From: Candidatus Poribacteria bacterium
GTDB lineage: Bacteria; Poribacteria; WGA-4E; PCPOR2b
Length of the DNA stretch: 64,000 nucleotides
Direction of reading: 5' to 3'
Assembly: GCA_965208675.1 (NCBI GenBank)
Contig: OZ242351.1
Coordinates: forward strand, 128,001-192,000
Part shown: in pieces, positions 21,438-31,540 of the stretch
How the letters are laid out: each line of letters opens with the position of its first letter
How positions within the stretch are numbered: the first letter of the stretch is position 1
Program-made: the position numbers and the translations under genes
The notes under the pieces: model-generated
What the model saw: only the letters and a program-made list of their open reading frames with translations
What the model was told of the DNA's origin: nothing
Database searches by the model: none

Positions 21438-22043
21438 TCAATAGGTACGGAATAATATATCAAACACAGGACGCTCATCGACGCGATAATCGAAGGTATC
21501 TCGGCACATGATCGTTTTCCCGTGCTGATCGGTGAATTTCAGGCGAATTTTAATCTTGGTACTGGGAATTAGTTCATCAAGCGCAAACGCTTCGTAGAAA
21601 TCCTGCCGTTCATCAGGTTTTAACGTTAAGGGAAGGTTATTGCGGAGCAAACTCGGAAAGATTACCGCTTGAGGAACATCATAAAGTTTGGTACCGTACC
21701 ATTTGCGGCCTATCTTCGATTGTAACCGGGATTCTTGAACTGAAACGGCAACTTGATCGTTATCATTGTAAATCCGGAATGAGGTCAGAAACAATAAATT
21801 CCCGCCGCGCGTCATGAAGCAATTCGTCTGGCCTTCCAAAAGTTCCACCCTAATATCCGAAGCCCGCCACCTACGCCGACGGCTTCCCCGATTTGGTTGG
21901 TCAGTCCGAAAATCATAAATCCATTTTGCGCTTGAGATTAAGATAGCTGCAATGCCGAATATGAGAGCAATTGTCGCACGGTCCACTTGTAAGTAAATCC
22001 CAGAAATCAAAGAGACAACTTTGCTTCTACTTGGTAATGTCAC
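21438..22043 (-). CDS. Hypothetical protein with N-terminal membrane anchor
   Basis: 201-aa ORF filling the gap; hydrophobic segment then a beta-rich domain; no family recognised. Confidence 0.6.
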   Translation of the reverse strand: MTLPSRSKVVSLISGIYLQVDRATIALIFGIAAILISSAKWIYDFRTDQPNRGSRRRRWRASDIRVELLEGQTNCFMTRGGNLLFLTSFRIYNDNDQVAVSVQESRLQSKIGRKWYGTKLYDVPQAVIFPSLLRNNLPLTLKPDERQDFYEAFALDELIPSTKIKIRLKFTDQHGKTIMCRDTFDYRVDERPVFDILFRTY

Positions 22044-22183
22044 AGTCTTTGGCGTTCCGGACGCTGAAGCGGCGTTTCTCGTCCATTCCTTTTGACTTTT
22101 GTATTGCAGTTGGGTAAAATTTTGGACATCAAAGCCAAACGCAGTTTATGGAGAGAAGACAGATTTTGTCTTGTTAACCAACA

Positions 22184-22669
22184 ATGCCGCGAAGAAACAA
22201 AGTCCTCAACATCGGTGACAGTGCACCGCTTTTCACCTTGCAATCCGCTCAACGAGAGGATGTTAGTCTCGCATCGTATCGCAATAGGCGGCACGTCATT
22301 TTAGCTTTTTTCCGAGGCACATGGTGACCCAATAGCCGCCGCCAGTTAGGCGATTTACAAACTCACTTGAATGAATATGTCAGATTTGGCGCCGCAGCCA
22401 TCGCGGTCGCCGGGCAGTGGCCTCGAGAAGTTCGCCGTTATGCTCAGAGGCACGGTATCGCCTTTCCATTACTCATTGATAAGCACCGGACCGTCATCAA
22501 AAGCTACGGCGTTTATAATTGGCTAGGACTCGACGCTTATAATATTGCACGCCCCTCGACATTCATTGTTGATAAGGAGGGAATAATCCGATTCATTCAT
22601 GTAGGCTCACACCAGTTTGACCTTCCTAAACATGCAAGTCTCATCGCTTGTGTAGAATCCTTGGAATGA
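22184..22669 (+). CDS. AhpC/TSA (peroxiredoxin-like) redoxin, probable selenoprotein (UGA at codon 48)
   Basis: From ATG 22184: MPRRNKVLNIGDSAPLFTLQ...VILAFFRGTW-TGA-PNSRRQL, continuing in frame into ORF 22367-22669 (ARPSTFIVDKEGIIR); TGA 22325-22327 is at the catalytic Cys position. Confidence 0.82.
22331..22355 (+). promoter_or_regulatory. Candidate bacterial SECIS hairpin
   Basis: CGCC-AGTTA-GGCG stem-loop with an outer AAT/ATT pair just 3' of the in-frame UGA. Confidence 0.4.
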
Positions 22670-22702
22670 ATGAATATGTAACGGCGCCTGATGACTCTGC
22701 AA

Positions 22703-23707
22703 TTATAGCGTATCGCGAGTCAGTTGGTTCAATATTCCCAACTGCCTATTATCCGCGATGACAATAAGCGCGTCGCCCTCATCCAGCCTGAGATTGCCAG
22801 AGGGATTGTATATGATATCGCCGGCTCGATTGCGGACAGCCACGACGACGAGACCTGTTTCATCCGGGATTCGGGCATCGTTGAGGGTAAGCCCCAAAAA
22901 AGGTGATTCGCTCTGGATTGTGGATTCGGCAAAGCGCGTCGTCACTTGGTGTTTGAGCATATCATCCAAAAAATCAACGACAATTGGACTTATGACTGTC
23001 GATACTAGACGCAATCCGCCAATCTGATCCGCGAGTACGACATCATCCGCACCCGCTTTCGTCAACTTTGCCCGTGAACTCTCCTCGACAGCCTTCGACG
23101 TTATTCTCAAGCTCCGATTTAGCTGTTTCGCCGATAAAACAACGAAAAGATTGTCTTGATCCGTCGAAAGAGAAGCAATCAACCCTTGCGCACGATCGAT
23201 TCCAGCACGGATGAGCACTTCGTCTTCTGTTGCATCGCCTTGTACATAGTGGAAATGTCTTGTTTTCAGTAAATGTTCAATTTGCACTTGCTCTCTCTCA
23301 ATTGCGACGAAGTCGGCGTTCAGGTGGATGAGTTCATCAAGCGCATGTACCCCAGTGTCGCCTATCCCGCAAACGATGTAATGGTTTGAAAGTTTGTCAA
23401 TAGATTTTTCCATGCGTCTCTTCAAAAAAACTTCTTGTAGCTGTCCTTCAATAATGAATGTAGCTGTTATACTAATACCGTATCCAAGAACGCCAATCCC
23501 TCCAAGAATCAGCGCAACTGTGAAAATCTTTCCCTCATCCGACATATTGTAATCTGCATAACCGACTGTTGTCAATGTGATTACCGTCATGAAAATTGAG
23601 TGAAGCAGTGTCCAATCCTCCTCAATTATTTTATATCCCGTGACGCCAATGGCGAAAACGGCAATCATCGCAAATACTGCGATAACAATGTTGCGTTGAT
23701 ACTCCAA
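22703..23707 (-). CDS. MthK-like potassium channel with RCK (TrkA-N/TrkA-C) domains
   Basis: Two TM segments with pore TTVGYAD, VCGIGDTG, GDAT, C-terminal TrkA-C. Confidence 0.9.
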   Translation of the reverse strand: MEYQRNIVIAVFAMIAVFAIGVTGYKIIEEDWTLLHSIFMTVITLTTVGYADYNMSDEGKIFTVALILGGIGVLGYGISITATFIIEGQLQEVFLKRRMEKSIDKLSNHYIVCGIGDTGVHALDELIHLNADFVAIEREQVQIEHLLKTRHFHYVQGDATEDEVLIRAGIDRAQGLIASLSTDQDNLFVVLSAKQLNRSLRITSKAVEESSRAKLTKAGADDVVLADQIGGLRLVSTVISPIVVDFLDDMLKHQVTTRFAESTIQSESPFLGLTLNDARIPDETGLVVVAVRNRAGDIIYNPSGNLRLDEGDALIVIADNRQLGILNQLTRDTL

Positions 23708-23850
23708 TTTCCTCGCCTTTCAAGATCAAATGACCAAAAACTCCTGCCCGAACAAGTTTCAAGTTTCGGGACGTGAAAATTACATTCAACTGATGGCACA
23801 CAACCGGTAGACCATCAGTTTGGCCCGCGGTTTAAGCAATATACCGCGCT

Positions 23851-24537
23851 TCACGTTCCCTCCATCTGCTGATACTGAATGGTTTCTAACCGCGATTTCA
23901 GCCGTTCGGTTTGGTAGCGCAACATTAGTAAAAACACGTAGAGAACAGTAAACGCCAGCCATGCAATCACCCAGGTTTTGAACATTGTCGGTGGAAGGTT
24001 CATTTTAGTTTCTATTCCTGGATGCAACTTGTCTTTCCAGAGCTCAACCGAGAAGTAGACAATCGGTACATTAAGATACGCAAGGATACCTAAAACCGCT
24101 GAATAGACTCTTTTTTTCTCTTCAGGCAACGCCGATCTCAGTATAAAATAACCGATATACATGAGCCAGAGGATAAGTGTGCTGGTTAATCGTGGTTCCC
24201 AATTCCACCACGTATTCCAAGCAAATTTTGCCCAGATGGGGCCTGTCGTCAAAACGACTGTACAGAAAACGATGCCAAGTTCCGCTGACGCAACAGCAAG
24301 CAAATCAAATTTGTCATTACGTTTTGTCAGGTAAAGAACACTGCACAAACAAGTTACACCAAATGCAAAGAAAACAGTTAACGCTGAAGCGACATGGAAG
24401 TAGAAAATTTTCTGGACTTCCAGCATCGTCTTTTCAATCTGGGCGTAACTGAATACAAAACAGAGGGCAGTAAACAGGCAAATTGCTGCAAGAATGCCTA
24501 TGAGTTGTGTAAGCGTCATTTTCGTCAATTGCTCCAA
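23851..24537 (-). CDS. ccmC: Cytochrome c biogenesis heme exporter CcmC
   Basis: IFYFHV, tryptophan-rich GPIWAKFAWNTWWNWEPRLTS and LHP motifs. Confidence 0.9.
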   Translation of the reverse strand: MEQLTKMTLTQLIGILAAICLFTALCFVFSYAQIEKTMLEVQKIFYFHVASALTVFFAFGVTCLCSVLYLTKRNDKFDLLAVASAELGIVFCTVVLTTGPIWAKFAWNTWWNWEPRLTSTLILWLMYIGYFILRSALPEEKKRVYSAVLGILAYLNVPIVYFSVELWKDKLHPGIETKMNLPPTMFKTWVIAWLAFTVLYVFLLMLRYQTERLKSRLETIQYQQMEGT

Positions 24538-24612
24538 TTCGTAACTTAAATTTTTTTTGTCAGCACTGCGTATCGTTACCGTTAGGTTTTACACACCTAA
24601 TGCCGGTAATTG

Positions 24613-25329
24613 TCAATCTTCAATAACGAACTCAAAGAGAAGATAAGAACTCGCCATAAACACGAGGCTATAGGCGGCTAATAGCGTAATCCAAAACATC
24701 CCTTTTAGCGTGCCGATTGTCAACAGAGAGACTGTGCACTTTGCTCCAGCCATAATGACGGGAAGAATCATCGGCAGTAATATTACTGAAAGTAGACTTT
24801 CGTTCCCATGTGTACTAGTACAAACGCCGGATATCACTACCCCCACCGCGCAGAAACCCAGTGCGCCGATTGCAAGCACGCCCATAAGCTGGAGCAGTAT
24901 CTGAGGGAGCTTTTCTTGTAAATCCGGTGTCAAGGTATCGAACACATCCAAAAATTGCAGCCCAACTAGCAGGACTACCACTTCCAGCCCGGTTAGCAGA
25001 ACCAAGTTGCTCAAAACCTTGGCTAGGTAGAAATTTCCCGGATCAATACCTGTTAGTCTTATCCCATGTAAGGCGCCGTCTGCACGTTCAATCTCGAAGG
25101 AACGGTTAAGTGTAATGATACCCGCAAACGCAAATGCTGACCACAGTGCACTCGCCGCGAGTTTTCCACGCTCGGAGGCAGCTTGGGGAAAGATGGATCC
25201 AAATGCAAAAATGAAAATAAGTACAACCAGTATGCTGAATACGAATATTAAGACGAGTGTATCCTTATTACGAAATTGAAGAGCGAGATCCTTGCGAATG
25301 AGCCAACCAACCTGATGGATTCCAGTCAT
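24613..25329 (-). CDS. ccmB: Heme exporter permease CcmB
   Basis: KDL..R, LNRSFEIERADG motif, multi-TM, adjacent to ccmC. Confidence 0.85.
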   Translation of the reverse strand: MTGIHQVGWLIRKDLALQFRNKDTLVLIFVFSILVVLIFIFAFGSIFPQAASERGKLAASALWSAFAFAGIITLNRSFEIERADGALHGIRLTGIDPGNFYLAKVLSNLVLLTGLEVVVLLVGLQFLDVFDTLTPDLQEKLPQILLQLMGVLAIGALGFCAVGVVISGVCTSTHGNESLLSVILLPMILPVIMAGAKCTVSLLTIGTLKGMFWITLLAAYSLVFMASSYLLFEFVIED

Positions 25330-25801
25330 ATTGGGTATTGCGTAAAACGAGATTTCCTTATCTCAAATGATATCATTCACGCCAAAAAAAGGTAGGTAAG
25401 TATATCACGTGCATTTGAAAAAGGACAAGGAATATTGGCATTTCGACCATCCCAAAAATGTTTTCCGTTCTCGGCATAAAGCCGTCTTTTTACACATTGT
25501 CAAAACGATAAGATAGTAAAACATGGAAAATCGCAATTTTAAAGTCCTACACACAAAAGTACAAGCGTTTTGCACTTGAAGAATCGCGAAATTCTGAGGT
25601 AAGATACAACACTTACACGGTTTCCATTAACCGGAGTAAAATCCGTCCTGAAAATTGGCGGCGCTTTACGCTTACGAATACCCACCGTCTGAACTGCTAA
25701 GCTCATGAACGATGACAATTGGACGTATTAAGAATTGGCGTTTTAATGCAAATGGTAGCTCTTCAGTTTAATGGTTTACGCACTTCAAACACGAGTGTTT
25801 C

Positions 25802-26296
25802 ATGAAGACATTATTGCTTTTACGTCATGCGAAATCAAGTTGGAAATACCCAGAATTACCGGATCACGACCGGCCGCTCAATAAACGCGGCAAGCGAGAC
25901 GCACCGCGTATAGCCAAGATTATCCGCGATAATGGGTTGGTCCCTGACTTAATATTGAGTTCAACAGCCAAACGTGCCCGCAAAACGGCAGAAATCGTCG
26001 CCAAGACCTGCGGTTATGCAAAGAATGTTGATTTGACGCCGGCGCTTTACCACGCCGCCCCGAGAACCTATATCGGTACATTATCCAATCTAGCTGACGA
26101 TTACCAACGCATTATGGTGGTAGGGCATAATCCCGGCCTAGAGGAGCTGCTAAAAATATTAGTGGGACGGAAGGAACTCTTCCCCACTGCTACTTTAGCG
26201 CTTGTTCTGTTGCCGCTTGCCAAATGGCGGGAACTCAATTATGAAACCACGGGTAAGTTAATCAACGTGTGGCGGCCAAGAGAAATAGCGCGGTAG
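25802..26296 (+). CDS. SixA-like histidine phosphatase
   Basis: LLRHAKS, DRPL, SSTAKRA and VGHNP motifs. Confidence 0.9.
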   Translation: MKTLLLLRHAKSSWKYPELPDHDRPLNKRGKRDAPRIAKIIRDNGLVPDLILSSTAKRARKTAEIVAKTCGYAKNVDLTPALYHAAPRTYIGTLSNLADDYQRIMVVGHNPGLEELLKILVGRKELFPTATLALVLLPLAKWRELNYETTGKLINVWRPREIAR

Positions 26297-26328
26297 AAAT
26301 CGATAGCATCAGCGGGATACAAGCGAAG

Positions 26329-26357
26329 TTGACTTTCGACGCAACCGTTGCTATAAT
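26329..26357 (+). promoter_or_regulatory. Sigma70-like promoter
   Basis: TTGACT-17nt-TATAAT; implies the downstream CDS starts after 26361. Confidence 0.6.
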
Positions 26358-26387
26358 GGATTGCCGAGGTACAAGCCGCGGCACCGG

Positions 26388-27134
26388 ATGAATGAGATGA
26401 AAACGGCTTTACCACTCATCGAAATGAATGGCGGCACCGAAAAACCGAAATTCATTGAACCCAAGATGGTCGTCATACCTGAAGGCGATTTTCTCATGGG
26501 CAGCGTAGGCGGCGCACCAAATGAAACCCCGATTCACCGTGTGTGGGTCAATGCGTTTGCAATTGCCAAATACCCCGTGACAAACCGCGAGTATAAACTC
26601 TTTATGGATATGACGGGTCATCCTCCGCCCCGGTTTTGGGGCAATCCCAAATTTCAGGAGGATTATCAGCCGATTGTCGGGCCAAGTTGGTACGATGCAG
26701 TTGCCTATTGTGAATGGTTGCGCGATTTGACATGTAAGGGGTATCGTCTGCCGACCGAAGGGGAGCGCGAAAAGGCTGCGCGCGGTGGATTGCAAGGATG
26801 TGAGTATCCGTGGGGAGATGAACTACCTCACGATCACCTAGGCGGACGGAATGCCCCGCATTTCCTCATTGGAACGGATGGCCCAAACGGTTACGGACTG
26901 TACAACACGTCAGAGGGTGTTCACGAATGGTGCGCCGACTGGTACGATGCCGTTTATTACAATATCTCGCCGACTCGAAATCCAAAAGGTCCGAAGTACG
27001 GGAACCGCCGTGTAGCGCGTGGAGGGTCGTGGCGGCACCGCATCCGTTTCGCCCGGTGTGCTGCACGCAGCAGTCTTGCGCCCGATAAACAGTTCAGTGA
27101 TTTCGGATTTCGCTGTGCGTTGACAATTTATTGA
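26388..27134 (+). CDS. Formylglycine-generating enzyme (FGE-sulfatase/SUMF1) domain protein
   Basis: FLMGS, PVTN, RLPTE.E.E.AARG, EWCADWY, RGGSW and GFRC motifs; exact start uncertain. Confidence 0.88.
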   Translation: MNEMKTALPLIEMNGGTEKPKFIEPKMVVIPEGDFLMGSVGGAPNETPIHRVWVNAFAIAKYPVTNREYKLFMDMTGHPPPRFWGNPKFQEDYQPIVGPSWYDAVAYCEWLRDLTCKGYRLPTEGEREKAARGGLQGCEYPWGDELPHDHLGGRNAPHFLIGTDGPNGYGLYNTSEGVHEWCADWYDAVYYNISPTRNPKGPKYGNRRVARGGSWRHRIRFARCAARSSLAPDKQFSDFGFRCALTIY

Positions 27135-27144
27135 AGAGGGGATT

Positions 27145-28179
27145 GTGGAATATAGCGCCAACACGGAAGAAACGGCCTCAAATCTTCTCCTCAAGGCTAG
27201 TGGGTTAAAAAAACATTACCCGGTTAAAATGGGCCTGCTACAGCGCACGCAGAAATTTGTGAGAGCGGTCGACGGCGTAGACCTAAATGTACAGCGAGGC
27301 GAAACGCTCGGACTTGTTGGTGAAAGCGGGTGCGGTAAAACCACTATCGGTCGGCTATTGGCGCGTTTAATCACTCCGACCGCCGGCAAAGCGGAGATGT
27401 TCATTCATTCCGATAAGCACCGAGCCGAACATGAACACTATCGCATCTTTGAACTCAATAAGACGGATTTACGCCGGTTCAGGCGCCATATTCAGTTGAT
27501 TTTCCAAGACCCTTACGGTTCGCTTAACCCGCGCATGACCGCTGGTCGGATTCTTGGTGAACCGTTGAAAATTCACCGAATCGTACCGAAAGCGGCACGG
27601 GTAAATCGCATACGCGAGCTGCTTGAAATCGTCGGACTGCACCCAAACCATACGCATCGGTACCCGCATGAGTTCAGCGGCGGGCAGCGGCAGCGAATCG
27701 GCATTGCGCGGGCTTTAGCAGTAGAACCCGATTTGATCATTGCTGATGAACCAGTTTCGGCGTTGGATGTTTCTGTCCAGTCTCAAGTCATCAACCTGCT
27801 GCAAGAACTGCAGAATCGTTTTGATTTAAGCTACATCTTTATTTCACACGATCTCAGTGTTGTGCGGCATATTAGTCACCGCGTCGTGGTGATGTACCTG
27901 GGTCAGATTGTCGAAATTACGGACAAAGAAAGTCTATTCGAGAAACCTCAACATCCATACACACGCGCATTACTGTCGGCCATACCCGTCGTTGACGCGA
28001 AAACCTCCCGGACGCGCACGGTTCTGAGTGGCGATACGCCAAATCCTGCGGATGTGCCGTCGGGCTGTCGATTTCACCCTCGATGCCCAATGGTTCAAGC
28101 TGACTGTGCAACTCGAGAGCAACATCTCGTCCAAGTCGATCCAGGGCATCAAGTCGCGTGTCATGTCGTCACTGGATAG
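27145..28179 (+). CDS. Oligopeptide/dipeptide ABC transporter ATP-binding protein (OppF/DppF-like)
   Basis: GESGCGKT, FSGGQRQR, HPYT and GCRFHPRCP...VACH motifs. Confidence 0.93.
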   Translation: MEYSANTEETASNLLLKASGLKKHYPVKMGLLQRTQKFVRAVDGVDLNVQRGETLGLVGESGCGKTTIGRLLARLITPTAGKAEMFIHSDKHRAEHEHYRIFELNKTDLRRFRRHIQLIFQDPYGSLNPRMTAGRILGEPLKIHRIVPKAARVNRIRELLEIVGLHPNHTHRYPHEFSGGQRQRIGIARALAVEPDLIIADEPVSALDVSVQSQVINLLQELQNRFDLSYIFISHDLSVVRHISHRVVVMYLGQIVEITDKESLFEKPQHPYTRALLSAIPVVDAKTSRTRTVLSGDTPNPADVPSGCRFHPRCPMVQADCATREQHLVQVDPGHQVACHVVTG

Positions 28180-28337
28180 CCAAGACAATATTGCAGGCTT
28201 AGCTGGGAAAGAAGGGTTTTTGCCCCGGCAGAGCGGTATGAAAACATGAATGACAAATAAAAACCTTAGTAAGCGCGCCCTTCGCCGGTGTCCGCCCGAC
28301 CTACAACATATAACAGATTTGAAGGAGGATTATTCAC

Positions 28338-29168
28338 ATGCAACCGATGTCTGTTGGCATTATGCTAGGTGTTGGCGACGACCCCAACACTAGCTTTGAA
28401 AAAGCAAAATCCATTGGCGTAGACAACGTCCAAATGGGCTGTCCTTCTGACCAATACTTCACCCTCGAAGCACAAGAAAAGTTAAAGCAGGCAATCTCTG
28501 CCTCGGGCATCACGATTACGACGGTATTTTGTGGCTTCGTAGGAGAGAGCTATGCCGATATTCCGACCGTCAAGCGAACCGTTGGCTATGTGCCCGCCGA
28601 TTCCCGCCCGGAACGCATCGAAAAAACCAAACGCATCTCCGATTTCGCCAAAAATCTCGGCGTGGACCAAATTGCAGCCCATGCCGGTTTCATCTCTGAA
28701 AACCATACCGATCCGCTCTACCCGGTAATGGTGAAAACGATACGGGAGATTGCTGACTATGTGATTGATAATGGGCAAAACTTTGCGCTTGAAACCGGGC
28801 AAGAAACCGCACCGGCACTACTAAGTTTTTTGAAAGATGTCAATCGCAACAACGTTAAGGTCAACTTCGATCCGGCTAACATGATTCTTTATGGCTCCGG
28901 TGAACCGATTGAAGCCCTTGAACTCCTCAAGGACTTCATCGTGAGCGTACACTGCAAGGACGGAAAATGGCCCACTGAAGATTATCAATTGGGGGTCGAA
29001 ACTCCGCTTGGCGATGGTGATGTTGGTATGGACAAGTTTGTCAATAAACTTAAGGAGATTGGCTACCATGGGCCATTGACTATCGAGCGAGAAATTTCTG
29101 GCGACGAGCAAATCCGAGATTTGATTAAAGCCAAGGAATTGCTCGAGAACTTAAGGGACGGGGAATAA
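28338..29168 (+). CDS. Sugar phosphate isomerase/epimerase (AP endonuclease 2 TIM barrel)
   Basis: ALETGQE, NFDPAN, VHCKD and LTIERE metal-binding motifs. Confidence 0.85.
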   Translation: MQPMSVGIMLGVGDDPNTSFEKAKSIGVDNVQMGCPSDQYFTLEAQEKLKQAISASGITITTVFCGFVGESYADIPTVKRTVGYVPADSRPERIEKTKRISDFAKNLGVDQIAAHAGFISENHTDPLYPVMVKTIREIADYVIDNGQNFALETGQETAPALLSFLKDVNRNNVKVNFDPANMILYGSGEPIEALELLKDFIVSVHCKDGKWPTEDYQLGVETPLGDGDVGMDKFVNKLKEIGYHGPLTIEREISGDEQIRDLIKAKELLENLRDGE

Positions 29169-29229
29169 CCAACTAGCGGGAGCGCAGAGAGAGTAGAAAA
29201 ATCGACACATCACGCATCGCGTCTCACTT

Positions 29230-30171
29230 ATGAAGTCTCCACTGATCTTTATTGTTGGTCCCACCGCCGTCGGTAAAACGGAAATCTCGATTCGTCTAGC
29301 GCAACGCATCAATGCCGAAATCGTCTCTATGGATTCGCGGCAAATCTTTCGGCAAATGGACATCGGCACGGCGAAGCCGACTGTCGAGCAACAACAAGCC
29401 GCCCCGCATCATCTAATAGACTGCACGGACATCGAGCAGCCTTTCACCGTTGCGGATTATCAACGGCGGGCAGATGCAGCTATTGAAGACATCTGTAAAC
29501 GAGAGAAACAGCCGCTGGTGGTCGGTGGCGCAGGTTTGTATTTCCGCGTTCTGATTGATGGACTCTTTGAAGGTCCCGGCGGAAATGAGGATATCCGTTC
29601 CAGACTCGTGCGCGAATCAGAGGATCAGGGTGCGGCGGCGCTGCACAATCGTCTTTGCGGCTGCGATCCTGAAGCCGCGCAACGCATCCACCCAAATAAC
29701 CTGGTGAGGGTGATTCGTGCGTTGGAAATTTATGAATTGACGGGAAAACCGATTTCGTCATTTCAACAGCAGTGGACGTGCTCTGCCTTGCGTTACCCGT
29801 TCCGCGCTTTCGGACTTTGTTTACCCAGAGATTGTCTCTACCGCCGGGTTGAAACACGTGTGAATCAGATGATTGAAAGGGGATTGATTGAAGAGGTAAA
29901 AGGGCTGCTAGATGGCGGATGTCCGCGAAATTGCGTCGCCATGCAGGGCATCGGATATAAGGAAATTGTCGGTTATCTCGACGGACAGCAACCGCTTGAC
30001 GAGGCGATTGCACAGTTAAAGACGAACACCCGCCGCTTAGCGAAACGGCAGTTGACATGGTTTCGCAACGATTCGCGCATTCTATGGGTTGAACTCACCC
30101 AATATGAATCAATACATCAAGTAGTCGACTACCTATTGTCGCAAACCGACGTACGTACCTCAAAGGGTTAA
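29230..30171 (+). CDS. miaA: tRNA dimethylallyltransferase
   Basis: GPTAVGKT, DSRQ..MDIGTAKP and AKRQLTWF motifs. Confidence 0.97.
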   Translation: MKSPLIFIVGPTAVGKTEISIRLAQRINAEIVSMDSRQIFRQMDIGTAKPTVEQQQAAPHHLIDCTDIEQPFTVADYQRRADAAIEDICKREKQPLVVGGAGLYFRVLIDGLFEGPGGNEDIRSRLVRESEDQGAAALHNRLCGCDPEAAQRIHPNNLVRVIRALEIYELTGKPISSFQQQWTCSALRYPFRAFGLCLPRDCLYRRVETRVNQMIERGLIEEVKGLLDGGCPRNCVAMQGIGYKEIVGYLDGQQPLDEAIAQLKTNTRRLAKRQLTWFRNDSRILWVELTQYESIHQVVDYLLSQTDVRTSKG

Positions 30172-30406
30172 GTGCTAAAGTCGGCGATACCACGTTCCTA
30201 AATGCCATCTGTAAAATTTTGCATTCGTTAAATTTTTAGGTGAAAGTTGGGTAAGCACAAATGAAAATGCACAACCCTTCCTTTCCAATGGGGGTTAGGA
30301 GCGGTTTGTAGGCAGAGCTAATTCCCGTATTTGATTGATATAAGGGCAAAGAGTCGTTACTAGTTGCAGTGACTCTATGAGTTGCAAAGGAGTAAGAGAG
30401 ACGCTT

Positions 30407-31474
30407 ATGGGGGAAAACTCAGAAACGTACACAACAGTCTCGGCTGAATACCTGCGGAAGCTAGGTGCGGCGGTGTTGGAAAAGGCGGGTGTGCCGGTAG
30501 ATGACGCCAATGTTACGATCGACAGTCTCGTAGAAACCGATCTTCGCGGTGTACACTCCCACGGAATGATTCGCCTGCCTGGCTACGTCGGAAGACTCAG
30601 AAAAGGGGGAATCAACCCCAATCCGAATGTGCAGGTGGCGACTGAATCGGAAGGGACAGCCGTGATAGACGGGGACAATGGATTCGGACAAGTCGTGAGC
30701 AATCTCGCTATGGGGATTGCGATTGAAAAGTCTAAGGCTGTCGGCGTCGGTATTGCCGGTGTGCATAACAGCGGTCACTTCGGTGCTTGTGCCCATTGGG
30801 CACAGATGGCGCTGCCCCACGACATGATCGGAATCGCTACCACAAACGGCGGACCGATTATGGCGCCCTGGGGCGGTGTGACGCCGACAATGGGCAACGA
30901 CCCGCTTGGCGTGGCTATCCCGGCGGGCGAAGAATTGCCCATTGTGCTGGACATGGCGACCAGCGTCGTCGCAGGCGGAAAGCTCGATTTAGCCATCCGC
31001 AAAGGGGAAAAAATCCCAAAAGGATGGGCGCTTAACACGCAAGGCGAACCGACGGAAGATCCAGCGGAAGCCAGAGCCGGCCTCGTTCTCCCCATCGGCG
31101 AATACAAGGGCTACGCGCTCACAATCGTCTTTGAGGTCCTCGCTGCTGTGCTCATGGGTGCAAATTTTGCCCGCCAAGTTGTCCGCCACGAAAGCGCCAA
31201 ACTCGTCAGGAATGTCGGCCACTTTTTCCAAGCCATCAACATCGCTGCATTCATGCCCGTCGCCGAATTCAAAGCAAGGGTTGACAACCTAATTCAACAG
31301 ATGAAGTCGTCAAAACTCGCTCCCGGTTACGATCGCATCTACTTGCCGGGCGAGCCGGAACACGAAAAACGCGCACGGTACCTTAAAGAGGGTATTCCGA
31401 TGCTCTCGTCAGTCATCGCAGATTTGATTGCCCTCGCTGCAGAGTTAGGCATTGTGGCGCCTGAACCCGCGTGA
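30407..31474 (+). CDS. Ldh_2 family (malate/L-lactate/sulfolactate-type) dehydrogenase
   Basis: DLRGVHSHG, HFG, LDMATS, YKGY and PGEPE motifs; start 30407 or 30377. Confidence 0.9.
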   Translation: MGENSETYTTVSAEYLRKLGAAVLEKAGVPVDDANVTIDSLVETDLRGVHSHGMIRLPGYVGRLRKGGINPNPNVQVATESEGTAVIDGDNGFGQVVSNLAMGIAIEKSKAVGVGIAGVHNSGHFGACAHWAQMALPHDMIGIATTNGGPIMAPWGGVTPTMGNDPLGVAIPAGEELPIVLDMATSVVAGGKLDLAIRKGEKIPKGWALNTQGEPTEDPAEARAGLVLPIGEYKGYALTIVFEVLAAVLMGANFARQVVRHESAKLVRNVGHFFQAINIAAFMPVAEFKARVDNLIQQMKSSKLAPGYDRIYLPGEPEHEKRARYLKEGIPMLSSVIADLIALAAELGIVAPEPA

Positions 31475-31540
31475 ATTGCAAAAACCCCAGGTGTGTTGGA
31501 ATTTATTTCAGAGATACTGCCGCAAAATCGGCGGAGCAAC

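Noticed and set aside
26388-27134. Catalytic FGE or diversity-generating retroelement target
   Set aside because: It lacks the catalytic CxxxxC, and there is no reverse transcriptase or template repeat in the window.
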